A stretch of 64,000 nt of DNA from contig NC_088795.1 of the NCBI RefSeq assembly GCF_011386835.1, positions 66,526,001 to 66,590,000 on the forward strand, in the 5' to 3' direction. The DNA comes from Chrysemys picta bellii. Taxonomy: Eukaryota. Within the stretch, counting starts at the first letter, position 1. Each line of letters begins with the position of its first letter. Below the pieces are notes generated by a model. The model saw nothing but the letters and a program-made list of their open reading frames with translations. It did not search any database and was not told where the DNA came from. The translations under genes were made by a program, and so were the position numbers. Of this stretch, positions 49,041 through 61,720 are shown piece after piece.

Positions 49041-52000
49041 TTCTCTTCTTACAGTTCAATCTCGTATTCACCATGTACCTTCCAACTTCAACAAATGAGG
49101 CAAAGGTTCTACAGACAACAGCCTCATTCACATACCAACCTGATTTATTCCCTGGCATTCTATGCCTGCTTCCCATTTTCTTGCCTTCTCCCAGAACACC
49201 TCATTCTTCTCCTGTTCCCCAGTATGTCCCCTACCATCTTGTTACCCATTCCTTCCACTGACCCAATCCCCATTGTTCCCATCATCCCAAACCTGTTCTT
49301 AAACCCTACATCCATATCCACCCTCACATGCCTATGCCTGTAACCTCCAGATTGTAGTAAAAAGGAATAGGAACAATCTCTTCAGCCTATCCTTATCTCC
49401 CCTGTCTACTCACCCCACTGCACTCTAGTAAGGGTGCCCCCTCCTTCTCTTTCATTCTGGCTGGAAGCCAGCATTTCTGCTCTTAGTTCTGTTACTTCCA
49501 GAAGGAGCAATTACACAAGTCTTGCTCAGCCCTTGTAGCTCTCAGCTATAGCACACTCAATTCAGAGGGAATCATCAGATTTTTTGAAAATATCAGTCTA
49601 AAACAAGTCTCTACTAGGCATGTGCAAACAGCAAAGTTTCAGAGGGTTATACTCAACCAAATAAGGGGGAATTTTCAAAAAGATACCCAAAAAACCCAAT
49701 TCTTTTCATGCCAGGTCTACCCCTCTGCAAAATTCTAAGTCCCTACTTCAAAGCATGGAAGTGGCACAGTTTCTCAAATAATTGACTGTAAGAATTTAAC
49801 AGTCCTAAAATATGAGACCTTTAAAACCAATTTATAGGGTGTCCGGTGTTTCACTGGTTTCTATTTTCATATTATGGATTTTTTAAAGAGGAGGAAAATT
49901 TGAAAATTCTTAAAAAAAATACTAAGGTTGCACAGTTAAACACAAAGCAGTAAATTCTAGAGTTAAGGCGGTGATTATTAATTTTGCATGTACATTAAAA
50001 TGCACAAATATTATAAAGGCATCCACAATGATCTGATTATGGGCTATTTCTCAAATAAAATGAAAAATAAAGTAGTTGATTTTCAGTTTTCAGTATGTTT
50101 TTCAATTTCAATCGATCAATTAGGGCTAATAACTTGTTTTCAGTCTACTAATGCATTATAGTCCAATTTATAAAACAAAACCTTCCGTCAATTCATTATA
50201 GATATTTGGACCTTTAAACTGTTTAAAAATAATGATATTCATTAGCATATTCTCCACAGGCAAATACAGTGTAACCTTGCATAATGAACATGGAACATGG
50301 AGTAGATATTGGCAAAACATACTTTGCATATCTTACTCTTATTAGTAAGAAACATTTGTCATAAAACTGTTCTTCTAAAACAGATTTTCTGAACAAAACA
50401 ATAGCTACTGATGATTTTCTTGTATAAAGATCATGGTACTTAGCTTGTAAGGAAAGCCTGCTATTTTCTATTTTCATTTGAACATTTTCTCTTAATAATA
50501 ACTACTATTTAGTAGGATACTTAAGCCTGAATATGAATGACATCTTTATTCCACTTGTCTAAAAAACTATTTGAAACCATAAAAGACCTTCCATTTTATT
50601 TAAGATATCTCAAAATAAGGAGAAAATTCTTCCTTGGGAAGCTGTTTTGCCATCAGATTGACTCTGTACATTCAATGCTGAATTGAACAAAAATACACTG
50701 CTTCTGAAAACAGGGCTCTTCACATTAAATATTGTAAGAACTGAATTTGTTTTGTATGCTAATAATTCTGCCAGTGGAATCATTATGTAAAATATAAATT
50801 CTAGTAAAAACAATGTAAAAAAAAAATCAATGTGAATGACACTAATTTGTTCATATTTTCTATTACCAAATACTCCCTTCACAGCACTGTTTCATTTCAC
50901 ATGCTGTGGAAATTTATTGTCTCAACAATTACACCTTATCTGGCCTGTCTGCATCATCTTTTTCTCATTCAGTCTAGCCAAGATATCAACTACATTCATT
51001 TGCTTTCTGATTCTAACAACATCAAATCCAAGCTTCCTGTTCCCACTTTCATGGTTCTAATTATTCTAGTCCCCATCTACATCAGTTTCAACAAAACTCT
51101 TAAGTATAGGTTAAGTATAGGTATAGATTAAGTATAGGTTTCACTGACTTCTTGAGCTTAAGTGTTTTGCTGAATAGGGACGATTTAAGCAGAGGCTTAA
51201 ATTCTTTTCCTTCCATTTCTCTGTCTCCCACTTTTGGCTTCACATGCTGTCTTCTAGGTAGGCTCTCTTTTATCACCAGGTGCACTCCATCCCACTCCCA
51301 TTTTTAAATTCCTCCTTAAAAGCCATTGCTACCTGGAATCTTTCCCAACTACTACTTCTCACCAATAATTCATCACACCCTCTCTTTCCTTAATTTTGTC
51401 TAAATTAGATTGTTTGAGTTCCTTGGAGCAGGGCATGTGCCTTACTCTATAAATTGCAGTGTACATTTACTGAGCTATAATGATTTTCATAGCAGAGAAC
51501 GAGAATCATTTCCAATATGTAGATTCCATATCTGACCACTTATGCACTAAATAAAACTTGTGCTCAAATGTTTTGTGTTATAGGATAAGTGGAGCAACAC
51601 ACTTAGGCTTTTCTCTTTAACCTAAAGGCTTAAATTTACATCTAGCTAAGGTTCTCTGTGAAACAAGTTTGCTGATTTCAGCTTTGTCCCTAAATCCTAT
51701 TTCTAAAATAAAACAAAATAAAATGCTTGACCAGGAGGTAGGAATGACTGCAAAATCAAGTGATCTAACCTGCACAGAATTAGCTGAGCTACAAATTTGA
51801 GTACCACCTATTCCCGAAAGTTTTGGCTAGTGCTATTGATCTCTCACTTATATGACTGCAATTTTTTTCCAAATTATAAAAACAAACAAACAAAACAAAC
51901 AGCCATCTGTATCTGACCACACAAATTGAATAACATTCACCAAAGGTATAACTCACTTCATGTACTGCATAGAGCATTCCCCAATGTGAAGTCTTTATAA

Positions 52001-52221
52001 AATATTTCTGAACCCATATAAGTTAAGGAAATAATTTACTGTAATGGGAAGACAGATTTTTCTCTAAGCATCATCTAGTTATATTTCTCATGGTCAGAAA
52101 TAGCTAGTGTTTTATATAATATTTTCTCAATAAGGTTGCTCTAAAAACTGGTCTGTTTTATAAGAAATATTTAAATTGACAGATATATGTACAATACAAA
52201 TACTTTTGATACTTGTGGCAA

Positions 52222-53618
52222 TCAAGGGGGGGTCCTGGACGATTAGAAAAAGGCAAATATAGTGCCTATCTTTAACAAAGGGAAGGAGGAGAATCCAGGG
52301 AACTACTGACCAGTCAGCCTCATCTCAGTCACTGGAAAAATCATGGAGGAATCCATTTTGAAGCACTTGAAGGAGAGGAAGGTGATTAGGAAGTCAACAT
52401 GGATTCACCAAGGGCAAGTCATGCCTGACAAACCTGATTTTCTTCTATGATGAGATAACTGGCTCTGTGGATATGGGGAAAGTGGTGGACCTGATATATC
52501 TTGACTTTAGCAAAGCTTTTGATATGGTCTCCCACAGTATTCTTCCCAGCAAGTTAAAAAGGTATGGATTGGATGAATAAACTATAAGGTGGATAGAAAG
52601 CTGGCTAGATCGTCAGACTCAACGGGTAGTGATCAATGTCACAATGTCTAGTTGGCAGCCAGTATCAAGTGGAGTGCCCCAAGGATCAGTCATGGGGCCG
52701 GTTTTGTTTAACATCATCTTCATTAATGATCTGGATGTGGGATGGATTGCACCCTCCGCAAGTTCATGGATGACACTAAACTAGGGTGAGAAGTAGATAC
52801 GCTGGAGGGTATGGACAGGGTCCAGAGTGACCTAGAGAAATTGGAGGATTGGGCCAAAAGAAATCTGATGAGGTTCAACAAGGACAACACTTAGGATGGA
52901 AGAATCCCATGAACTGCTACAGGCTGGGGACCGAATGGCTAAGTGGCAGTTCTGCAGAAAAGGACCTCAGGATTACAGTGGATGAGAAGCTGGATATGAG
53001 TCAACAGTGTGCCCTTGTTGCCAAGAAGGCTAACAGCATATTGGGCTGCATTAGTAGGAGCATTGCCAGCAGATCGAGGGAAGTGATTATTCCCCTTTAT
53101 TAAGCACTGGTGAGGTCACATCTGGAGTATTGCATCCAGAAAGGATGTGGACAAATCGGAGAGAGCCCAGCAGAGGGCCACAAAAATGATTAGGGGTTGG
53201 GGCACATGACTTACGAGGAGAGGCTGAAGGAACTGGGCTTATTTTGTCTGCAGAAGAGAAGAGTGAGGGGGTATTTGATAGCAGCCTTCAACTATCGGAA
53301 GGCGGGATCCAAAGAGGATGGAGCTAGGCTGTTCTCAGTAGTGGCAGATGAGAGAAGAAGTAATGGTCTCAAGTTGCAGTGGGGTAGGTCTAGGTTGGAT
53401 ATTAGGAAAACTGTTTCACTAGGAGGATGGTGAAGCACTGCAATGGGTTACCTAGGGAGGTGGTGGAATCTCCACCCTTAGACGTTTTTAAGGCCCGGCT
53501 TGACAAAGCCCTGGCTGGAATTATTTAGTTGCGGTTGTCCTGCTTTGAGCAGGGGGTTGGACTAGATGACCTCCTGAGGTCCCTTCCAACCCTAATCTTT
53601 TGTTATTCTGTGATTTTA
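52222..53618 (+). mobile_element. 5'-truncated CR1 LINE, RT region, degenerate
   Basis: DNA encoding [31 protein letters not shown] and [30 protein letters not shown]; tail ATTCTGTGATTTTATG. Confidence 0.93.
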
Positions 53619-54729
53619 TGGAAAAGTTTATTTCCCCAATTAAATACTTCATTTAATTTTCCAGTAATCTTTTTCTTCTTGGATCTCATATTCAATAGTC
53701 CTCCCCCTCCTGTCTCATACATAATAAATTCTTCTCCTAGACAAATTTAATAATCCTTGGCCACCTCCCTCTCAGATGATCTATAAACTTTTTTCCTTGT
53801 AAATCACAAGTTTTAAATAAAAACTACAGTGAAACTGTTCTTGTATATTTAAGTAAAACATGTTAATAATCATAACCATATATCATCAATTAACATTTCC
53901 AGAGATAGATTCAGTGCAAAATTGCAACTCTTCCTTGAAGAGCCTCGCATGGTTATCATCTAAGGTTTCCCATCCCACAGTTATTTACTTACTGTGTCTC
54001 AAATGTTTACATGAGTCTCATTTGCAATTCTGCCTTCTGTGAAAGTATGCATATGTTGAAGATTTCTCCTAAAATATAATTCTTCTCAATTAAGATAAAA
54101 TGTGACATAGCTTTGTCCTTTAAATTAAAGAAGACTTTCTGGTATTGACACACCATTTAATGTCTATTCTATACACCTGCTCATGAGTGAATGTAGCAGC
54201 TCTGCAGAATCTGATTTCTCTTCTGTGCTGTGTGTGGCAGTACAGATACCTGCTACAAGATAGTAAAGGGGACCCTTAAGCCTCATTACTACATCGCACA
54301 GCTGCACAAATTGGGCTATACTCTGGTCCAAAGATGGTAAGTGGTCCTAGACATTCATAAATAATTTTGCTTAGTGACTCTCCATCAATTTTAGTTCCAA
54401 AAATAACTCTTGCAAAACTCAGAACATAAATATTTAACAGAAATAAATAGTTTGTTGAAGAAAATAAATATATGGAAGTCATTTCATCATAGTTATGTTA
54501 ATGATGTATTTTTCATAGGTGTTTAATGCTCCTTGGGATTAATAATTGTTAACCTTCTCCTAGAGTTAGTTCCCTAAGCCAGGCCAGTCCTTCCTCACCA
54601 AAAAACAGTGAAAGACCTCCTGCACCAATATAATGTATACTCAGTGGTTAGGGCACTCATCTGAAATTTGGGAGACCTGATTTCAAATTTTTACTGTGCC
54701 TGATTTAGAGCAGTGAATTGAACTGAGCT

Positions 54730-54897
54730 CTCCCATTCTCAAACTAGGGCCGCCACTTGTTCCAGGAAAGCCCCTGGTGGGCTGGGCCAGTTTGTTTACC
54801 TGCTGCGTCCGCAGGTTTGGCCGATTGTGGCTCCCACTGGCCGCAGTTCGCCACACCAGGCCAATGGGGGCTGCAGGAAGCGGTTTGAGAACCACTG
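54730..54897. mobile_element. Short non-autonomous hAT element
   Basis: Ends (TTCTCAAACT ... GGTTTGAGAACCACTG); GC-rich interior GTTTACCTGCTGCGTCCGCAGG...GGCCAATGGGGGCTGC. Confidence 0.7.
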
Positions 54898-56208
54898 TCT
54901 TAGAATACTAACCTAACCACCAGGCTAACCACCAGGCTATTTGTTATTCTGAGGTTAATGTTTCTCAATCTCTCCTATTAAAGTAGTTCCACTTTGTATT
55001 AAAGAACTAACTATTCATTGTGCCATAGAAAGACAGCAAGAGAGATTGACTTTAGAGTCCAGTAGTGAAGGCACTCTCCTGGGTTATGGGAGATTCAGGT
55101 TAAAGTCCCTATTCCCATAAATGTTTAATGATAGTGTATCACCAGAACATTTTGTTGTGTGTATGTTGTTACTTATAATATTAGGACTATAATAGTACAC
55201 TTTAGGGAGCTATTCCAGTTTGAAACAATGCTGAGATTAACATTTTCACACAGTTCATCAATGATCTTTGCAAAATACTTTCTGTGAAGAACCGTAGGAG
55301 TTTCTAAGTAGTATTTTTCCAACTTGTTTTAGGCGATCTTGTGTTAAGAGTTCTGAATGGTCTAACAATTAGCACTTTTTAATCTAATCTGTCAAAATGA
55401 TACTCCTTTATGCTGAAAAACGACAAGATGCTTAGAGCTCTGGAAGCTTCTTAATTGTTGTGTTGTGTTCTGTTTATTTTTAAATGGTTCTATAGAAGAT
55501 GCAGCATATTTGTACAAGAAATGCATACTATTTGTACAATGTTAAGATTCTAATATCCTTCTTGTTCATGGCGTGGGCCATGTTAGTGTTTTATGAAGTC
55601 ATATTGGAGAACTGAAAATATATGCACAATATATACTTGCAATGGATCCTTATCTTTTGGAGCTAATATGATTAAGTCCTTGTCTGAGCTTTTTTATGTA
55701 ATCTTAAAATTACCATCTTTACCAATTTGTATCTCATCATCTTGGAGCTACAAAAAGAGAACACATAGATCAAGAATGCCTGGTTCACTTCCCTCTTATA
55801 GAGGTAAACCTGATCAAATGTCTTAAAGAATTTCCTCCCTCACGCATCACTAATCCCTCTCCAAAGACTCTGTTTTCAGTCTCTCCTTCCCCCTACTGGT
55901 CAATACTGTCAGAGTCCTAGGATGATGAAGGAACTAATACCCTTTTCTTTCTATAATATCTAAGACAGCATTAATGGACTGTAAACAGATTGCCTATCTT
56001 ATCTCAAATTTGCCCGATCTAATTCAGGCTTTTCTCAAATGACTATTTACCCACTACTTCAAAAGCACAAAATTTCAACTAATTCACTAACAGAATACTT
56101 AGGGATCTCATCTCTTGTGCCCCAAAAGAGTTAAAACTGCTTGGAAAATTGAACTCGATCCATTAGGATACAGTTTGGCAGGACATAGTAAATCTCCCCC
56201 AGGAAAAC

Positions 56209-56211
56209 AGT

Positions 56212-56248
<37 letters not shown>

Positions 56249-56250
56249 TG
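56209..56250. repeat. Compound (GT)n(GA)n microsatellite
   Basis: Direct reading. Confidence 0.95.
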
Positions 56251-57649
56251 TGAGTGCAAGAGGGTGCATTTTTGGTTAACTATCTGAAACATAGAGCTAC
56301 ACAGCAATCACAATCCTAAGCATCCCATGCCTTAGCTTATAGTGTATAAATAAAATGTATATTTGCACTACAATCTATTTTCTAGTGCACTACAATAGAA
56401 AAGCAATTTGAACAGTAGAATATAAGCAGAACTGTTAAGTGACACTAATGTATTTGACAGCCCTGTCACACCTGCTGGCAAGCCTCGCATACAAGACAAA
56501 GAGAGAGAGACAGAAACTATCTCCACAAAATACTCTTTGGCCTACAGGAAAATGCATTGCTCTAGGAGCCAGGCTAGCACAGGCCCTGGTCTCACGTCTT
56601 CTACTGATGGCATATACCTGTCCTAAGTGGCAGCAACCACTGAAAATAAGTTAAGTAAGTATCTTGAGAGCACAATGTCAGAATGTCGCTTCAGGCAGAG
56701 CCTTGAACAAACCTACCTCTCTAATATGACAGACCTGACTCTAATCCACTCAGCCACACACTTTCAGACAAAAATGTACAAATCTGTGTGTTTAGCTATT
56801 CTGTCTGTAACCATTAACCCACATTCTGCTCTCAAAGCTGGGAGTAGAACCCCAAGAATCCTGATAGCCAACATTCTGTTATTCACAAATAGCTGTACAA
56901 CCCACAACAAAATGTATGTTGTGTCTCCATTTAGGAGCTGGTCCAGAGAGGCAATAAAAGCTACCAGTTACTGCTTCAGCTCATATGGAATGGCATATAC
57001 TTTATATCTAAAAGGCCTCGGTTCAATTCTGCTGACCACCAATGCAGAAAAAAATAATGTTATATCATTAAAGAAAGTATTATAGAACTTGTGCACAAGT
57101 GGGCAGAACATGAATATTGGTATTTTCCAACTTTTAAGAGCTTGATTTTGCAACCGGAACAATCTTAGCCGAGGCGGAGAGAGAGAGAGAGAGAATAAAC
57201 TACTTCTTAAATTAGCTTGAGGAGCTGAGAATAATTGTAATGGATTTTATACTTGTTAAAATGATTTTATATTCCAAAACACCCTGTTAGAAGTGAATAA
57301 GTATTATGGTAACATTTATTTTTTACTGTTGCATTTTATTGTTTGTATTTTGGTTAATGGAGTTGTCCCTTGACAATACAGCACTTTATTATGAAGTATG
57401 TTTGCAAAAGACAGAACAATATGTGGCCAATGTTTGCCCATGTGTCCAGAGAATGCTGAAGTAAACTTTAAAAAGTTGCAATTTGATTTAATAAACATTT
57501 TTTTAAATAAATCTCACTCTCAAAAAGTATAACAGTAGCACATATTTGAGGATTACACACCTTTGGGCATTATTAATGAGCTAGCTCACTAGTCTGTATC
57601 TAGCACATCTTAGCAAAAATCAAAACTTGCTCCCAATCATTAGTTGTTT

Positions 57650-57780
57650 GCAGGCCCTCAGATGAGATGAATTTGGTGGGTCTTAGTACTGGTTCCCAAA
57701 TCACAATCTCACCACCATGCTTTGCACTAACTGAGAAACTCAACAGGCTAAGAAATGCATTGGCCACTGAGACCACCTGT
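57650..57780 (+). mobile_element. Probable LF-SINE relic
   Basis: GGCC..TGAGATGAATTTGGTGGGTCTTAGTACTGGTTCC...TGCACTAACTG...CTCAACAGGCTAAG...GGCCACTGAGAC is collinear with my recollection of the LF-SINE body. Not database-verified. Confidence 0.5.
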
Positions 57781-58432
57781 GTTATCCTTAGAAGTTGCCT
57801 CATATGAAAGTTAAGAGATACTGGCAGGGCAGTATGATTGGGAAGCTTGCCATGCTGCTGCCCTGTAGAAAAAATAGAGGGCTGCGCTCACCAGGGCTGT
57901 CAAGCTCATGCCTTTCACCAGCTATAAATCCACAAATTTTTATTTTAAAATGAAGTGTATTGTTATGTGAAAATAAGATGATTAAATACTTTGCCTAAAG
58001 TATCAGTTTCTGAATTTGGTGTGTGTTTCTCATTCCAATTAACTCTACAAAATAGTTAACAGACTACATCAGGTTGTGCCCTGCGTGCTTGTGAAAGTTA
58101 CCAAGTGATAACTATACGACAAACAAGCTACAGAAGTGGCCAGGGTAGCACATACACCTTCATGTTATGCCTAAATACTATTCCGCAGGAATTGCTTTTA
58201 TGACCTCTCCATTTAGACTGACAACAAAGGTGCCGGAGGTGTTGGTGTTGATGTAGTCACCTATTCAATGAAAATGGGAGCAAGATCATTAAACTTGCTT
58301 CAAATTGTTTCAAGTCAGACAGGTATTGAATGATAACTTTCAATGAATACAGATCTCAGATGGATTCAGTCTGATGGCTTAGAATAAAGGTTATATGGGC
58401 TTGATCCAATGTCCACTGGAGTCAATAGAAAG

Positions 58433-58555
58433 TAGGGTGACCAGATGTCCTATTTTATAGGGAGTGTCCTGATTTTTGGGTCTTTTTCTTATATAGGCTC
58501 CTACTACCCCCCACTCCCTGTCCTGATTTTTCACACTTGCTGTCTGGTCATCCTA
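58433..58555. mobile_element. hAT (Blackjack-type ends) MITE with 8-bp TSD
   Basis: TIRs TAGGGTGACCAGA / TCTGGTCATCCTA; TSD ATAGAAAG at 58425-58432 and 58556-58563. Confidence 0.9.
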
Positions 58556-60066
58556 ATAGAAAGACTCCCATTGACTTAAATGGCTTCTGTATTAAGCCCT
58601 AAATCACATTACCAAACCTCATGCAGTCCCTCATGTCAGTACCACCCTAACAGTTTGGCTAAACTGGTCCTAACGTTTTTCTTTCCCTGGCTTTGTTAAT
58701 ATATGATTTTACCAGAAAGGAAAATATTTTAGTACTATAAACCATAACCTAAAGTTCTTGTGCTAGGTGAGAGGTTTGAATGTGTGTAGATGAAACAATA
58801 TTTTTAAAACAGAAACACAAAAAACAAACCAGTGACAAAATAGGTATGCGGGATTGTTTAAAGTTATAGTTTTCCCATTCTGAATTAAAGCGATGGTTTG
58901 GGATATGTTAGGCTGACTCAATTGCTGTGACATGATTCAGCTGTCATAACAGGATGGGATGTATCTGAGAAATGATACTGCATGTCAGTTGAGGAAATTG
59001 AAAACAGTGCAATTGATGGGTTTTTTACCTTTAAGAGGTTTCTACTCTATTAAAAAAGGAAATGGTGCAATTGCCTGAAAACGGAGTTTAAAATGCTATT
59101 AAATGCTTGTACTTTGAAACATAGCCCAAAGCTATTTGATGGCCCTTTATGCATCTTATCAGCATGCTGAAGACAATTCAAATATCCAAAAGACTCAGGA
59201 GTGTTACCTGGAGAAGATTGACCTTTTTCTTAGCAAAGATGGTGACCAGGTATTTAAGGAACATTTCTTTGCATATGAGTTTGAACTGGTCATTTAAAGT
59301 TCATGTTGAAGAAAAAAGCTTGTCTTATGTTAAGTCTTGATTTTAGACTCACTCATCAGCTGCATTTTTCCCCCTTCTAAATATCTTTTTAATGCTAACT
59401 TTCTCTATCTAGCTCCAAGTCTCCTTTGAAAAAAATAAAATTTATGAATGGTTTCTAATCTGAAAAAATCCCAAAACTTCTAGGCAACAAGTTCTAGTCT
59501 CAGTCCCTTGTAGTTTTATGTTCCCAACTATCTTCTAATCTAGTTTAATAGGCTTAACTTCCTGTATAATACTGAGTATTATCTAACTACTGTGACTTCC
59601 TTCTGATATTGTTGTTCCTAGACTTGTGAGGATTTTTTCCCTCTGTATATATGCATACTGAGTATATATCTAGATGGTCTCCCCCCACTTTTATTGACAA
59701 CCCATCAGTCAGACAAGAAATTTCAGTGTCTGTGGGTCCAAAAAAGTTCTCTCCTTGGCTGACAGATCTCTTATGGAGAGCTTTATGGGAAAAGCAAGGA
59801 AACCACTATGCTGAAGGTGTCTTCCCCAAACCTCACACAACTTGAGATTATATGATTGAGAAAACCTGAATTACAGAATCTACGGTAATTATAAGTGGTG
59901 GAGGGACTTTCTAGCCTCCATTTCTCTCCAGCAGTTAGAAACAAGAGAAAAACACCACTCCCCTATGGGTCCATAATTTCATACACACATACATAAGATA
60001 ATGCTGGTTTCAGACTGGTTGGCTGGTTTTGGGCTCACCAGGACCTGTGCCTTTCCCCTTCTTGGC

Positions 60067-60239
60067 NNNNNNNNNNNNNNNNNNNNNNNNNNNNNNNNNN
60101 NNNNNNNNNNNNNNNNNNNNNNNNNNNNNNNNNNNNNNNNNNNNNNNNNNNNNNNNNNNNNNNNNNNNNNNNNNNNNNNNNNNNNNNNNNNNNNNNNNNN
60201 NNNNNNNNNNNNNNNNNNNNNNNNNNNNNNNNNNNNNNN
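60067..60239. other. Assembly gap (173 N)
   Basis: Run of N. Confidence 1.
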
Positions 60240-60449
60240 TTTAAGACCCCAGAGCAATCTATGATAAAGAGGGTAGCATGGGAGCCTGCAACCACATTCA
60301 ACTTCCTTGTGATGCATTTTTGGAGAGCAGGAAATGCAAGTTGGTGAGTATATGGGTTGGTCCCTACCATAGCAACTTCTTGATAGCATGGCCTGCTGAC
60401 CAATCAGCAGCTGCAACATTACAATGCTTGTGTGGTCTAAAATGTCGGC

Positions 60450-61317
60450 AGACATGCTCATGTGGATAAAGACCTTAAAATAGATAGAAAACTTGAGCCT
60501 ATGTGGAGATTGAGGGAGTTTTGTGTAGTATTTTTTGTAAATATCATATGGCCCCCCAGGTTATCTGTTTGATATTATCCTACCTTACTGCCAGGAGTTA
60601 AACAGGAAGCAAACAGCAAATGAAACAATGGCACAGACAAAACACTTGGGATAAACAACTTCAAAAGGAGTTAAGAAAACAATGGAAGGGCCACCAATTG
60701 GGAAGACGCTATCTGCTTGGCTCTCACCAGGCTGGCACAGTTTACTTCCTAAGGTTGAAAGTCTGGGATCAAAGGAGATCCTTAACCTTAAAGATGCTGG
60801 CTTCAGGAAGTAGGAGAGGCTGCCCGGGGAGTCAGGCAGTGCTGACAGACATACTGGGAGACAAGGACAGCATGCTGCAAGCAGGACAGTCTGCTTCTGC
60901 AAGCCAGAGATGGAAATGAGCTGCACATACCTGAGCTATGGATAGAGAGTGTAAGCTTGGGTAAGAAAATATGTGTAGGACTCTTCTTTGTGTTAACCCA
61001 TTTCCTAGATTCAGAGATCCTTCTGGGAATTAAATGCTACTTTGTTTTGAAGATGCTGCTTTTGAGTCACTTTAATCAGCTGCTGCCCAGAGAAAAAGTT
61101 CTTACAGTTATCTCTCTTGCATTAAGATGGTTGGGAAGCGTGTGTATGTAAGGGGGAAGGAGCAGTGCAGTGCAGAGACCCAGTCTAGGAGTGGCTGGAC
61201 TACGTGGTTCCACCAATAGTGAGGTGAGGTGAGTGAGGCAGGTCTGTCAGCCAAGGGATGCACTCAAGAGGGACTAAAAGGGTTCTGCAAAGCACAGCTT
61301 GCCCAGTAACTGTGACA
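60450..61317. mobile_element. LTR-like repeat ending GTAACTGTGACA; left boundary uncertain
   Basis: The terminus resembles that of the LTR at 21434-22254. Confidence 0.4.
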
Positions 61318-61720
61318 ACCTTTTTCAAAAATATTAACATGTTAGCCAATTCTGGTATAAAATTAAAGCCAAGAACTGATAATATTTTAATCTAAGTTAC
61401 TCATTCTCCACCAGACTCAACAAAATCAGTATTGAACATAAAACCAGGTATATATATTTTTTAAGATGAACAGATTAACTCAGTGGTACTGTATATTCTT
61501 CATAACACAAACTAATTGGTTAAGCAAATGTTCTAAATATATTAGATTACTATGCAGAAACCATTCCCCTTGTTATGCTCAGTATATTTAGTTGGAATAT
61601 TTTGGCATAGGTATAGGACAGTTACAAAGTATTATGTTTTAGTATTAATGCTTGCTTGTAAATGTTGGTTCTATAGTTCAGACTAAATGCCTTAATCAAA
61701 TTGCTTGGGCATATTTTCAG

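Noticed and set aside
56627-57085. 152-aa plus-strand ORF
   Set aside because: No recognisable domain, non-ATG start, no convincing splice context; consistent with chance.
59979-60461. ORFs spanning 60067-60239
   Set aside because: Artefacts of reading through the N gap.
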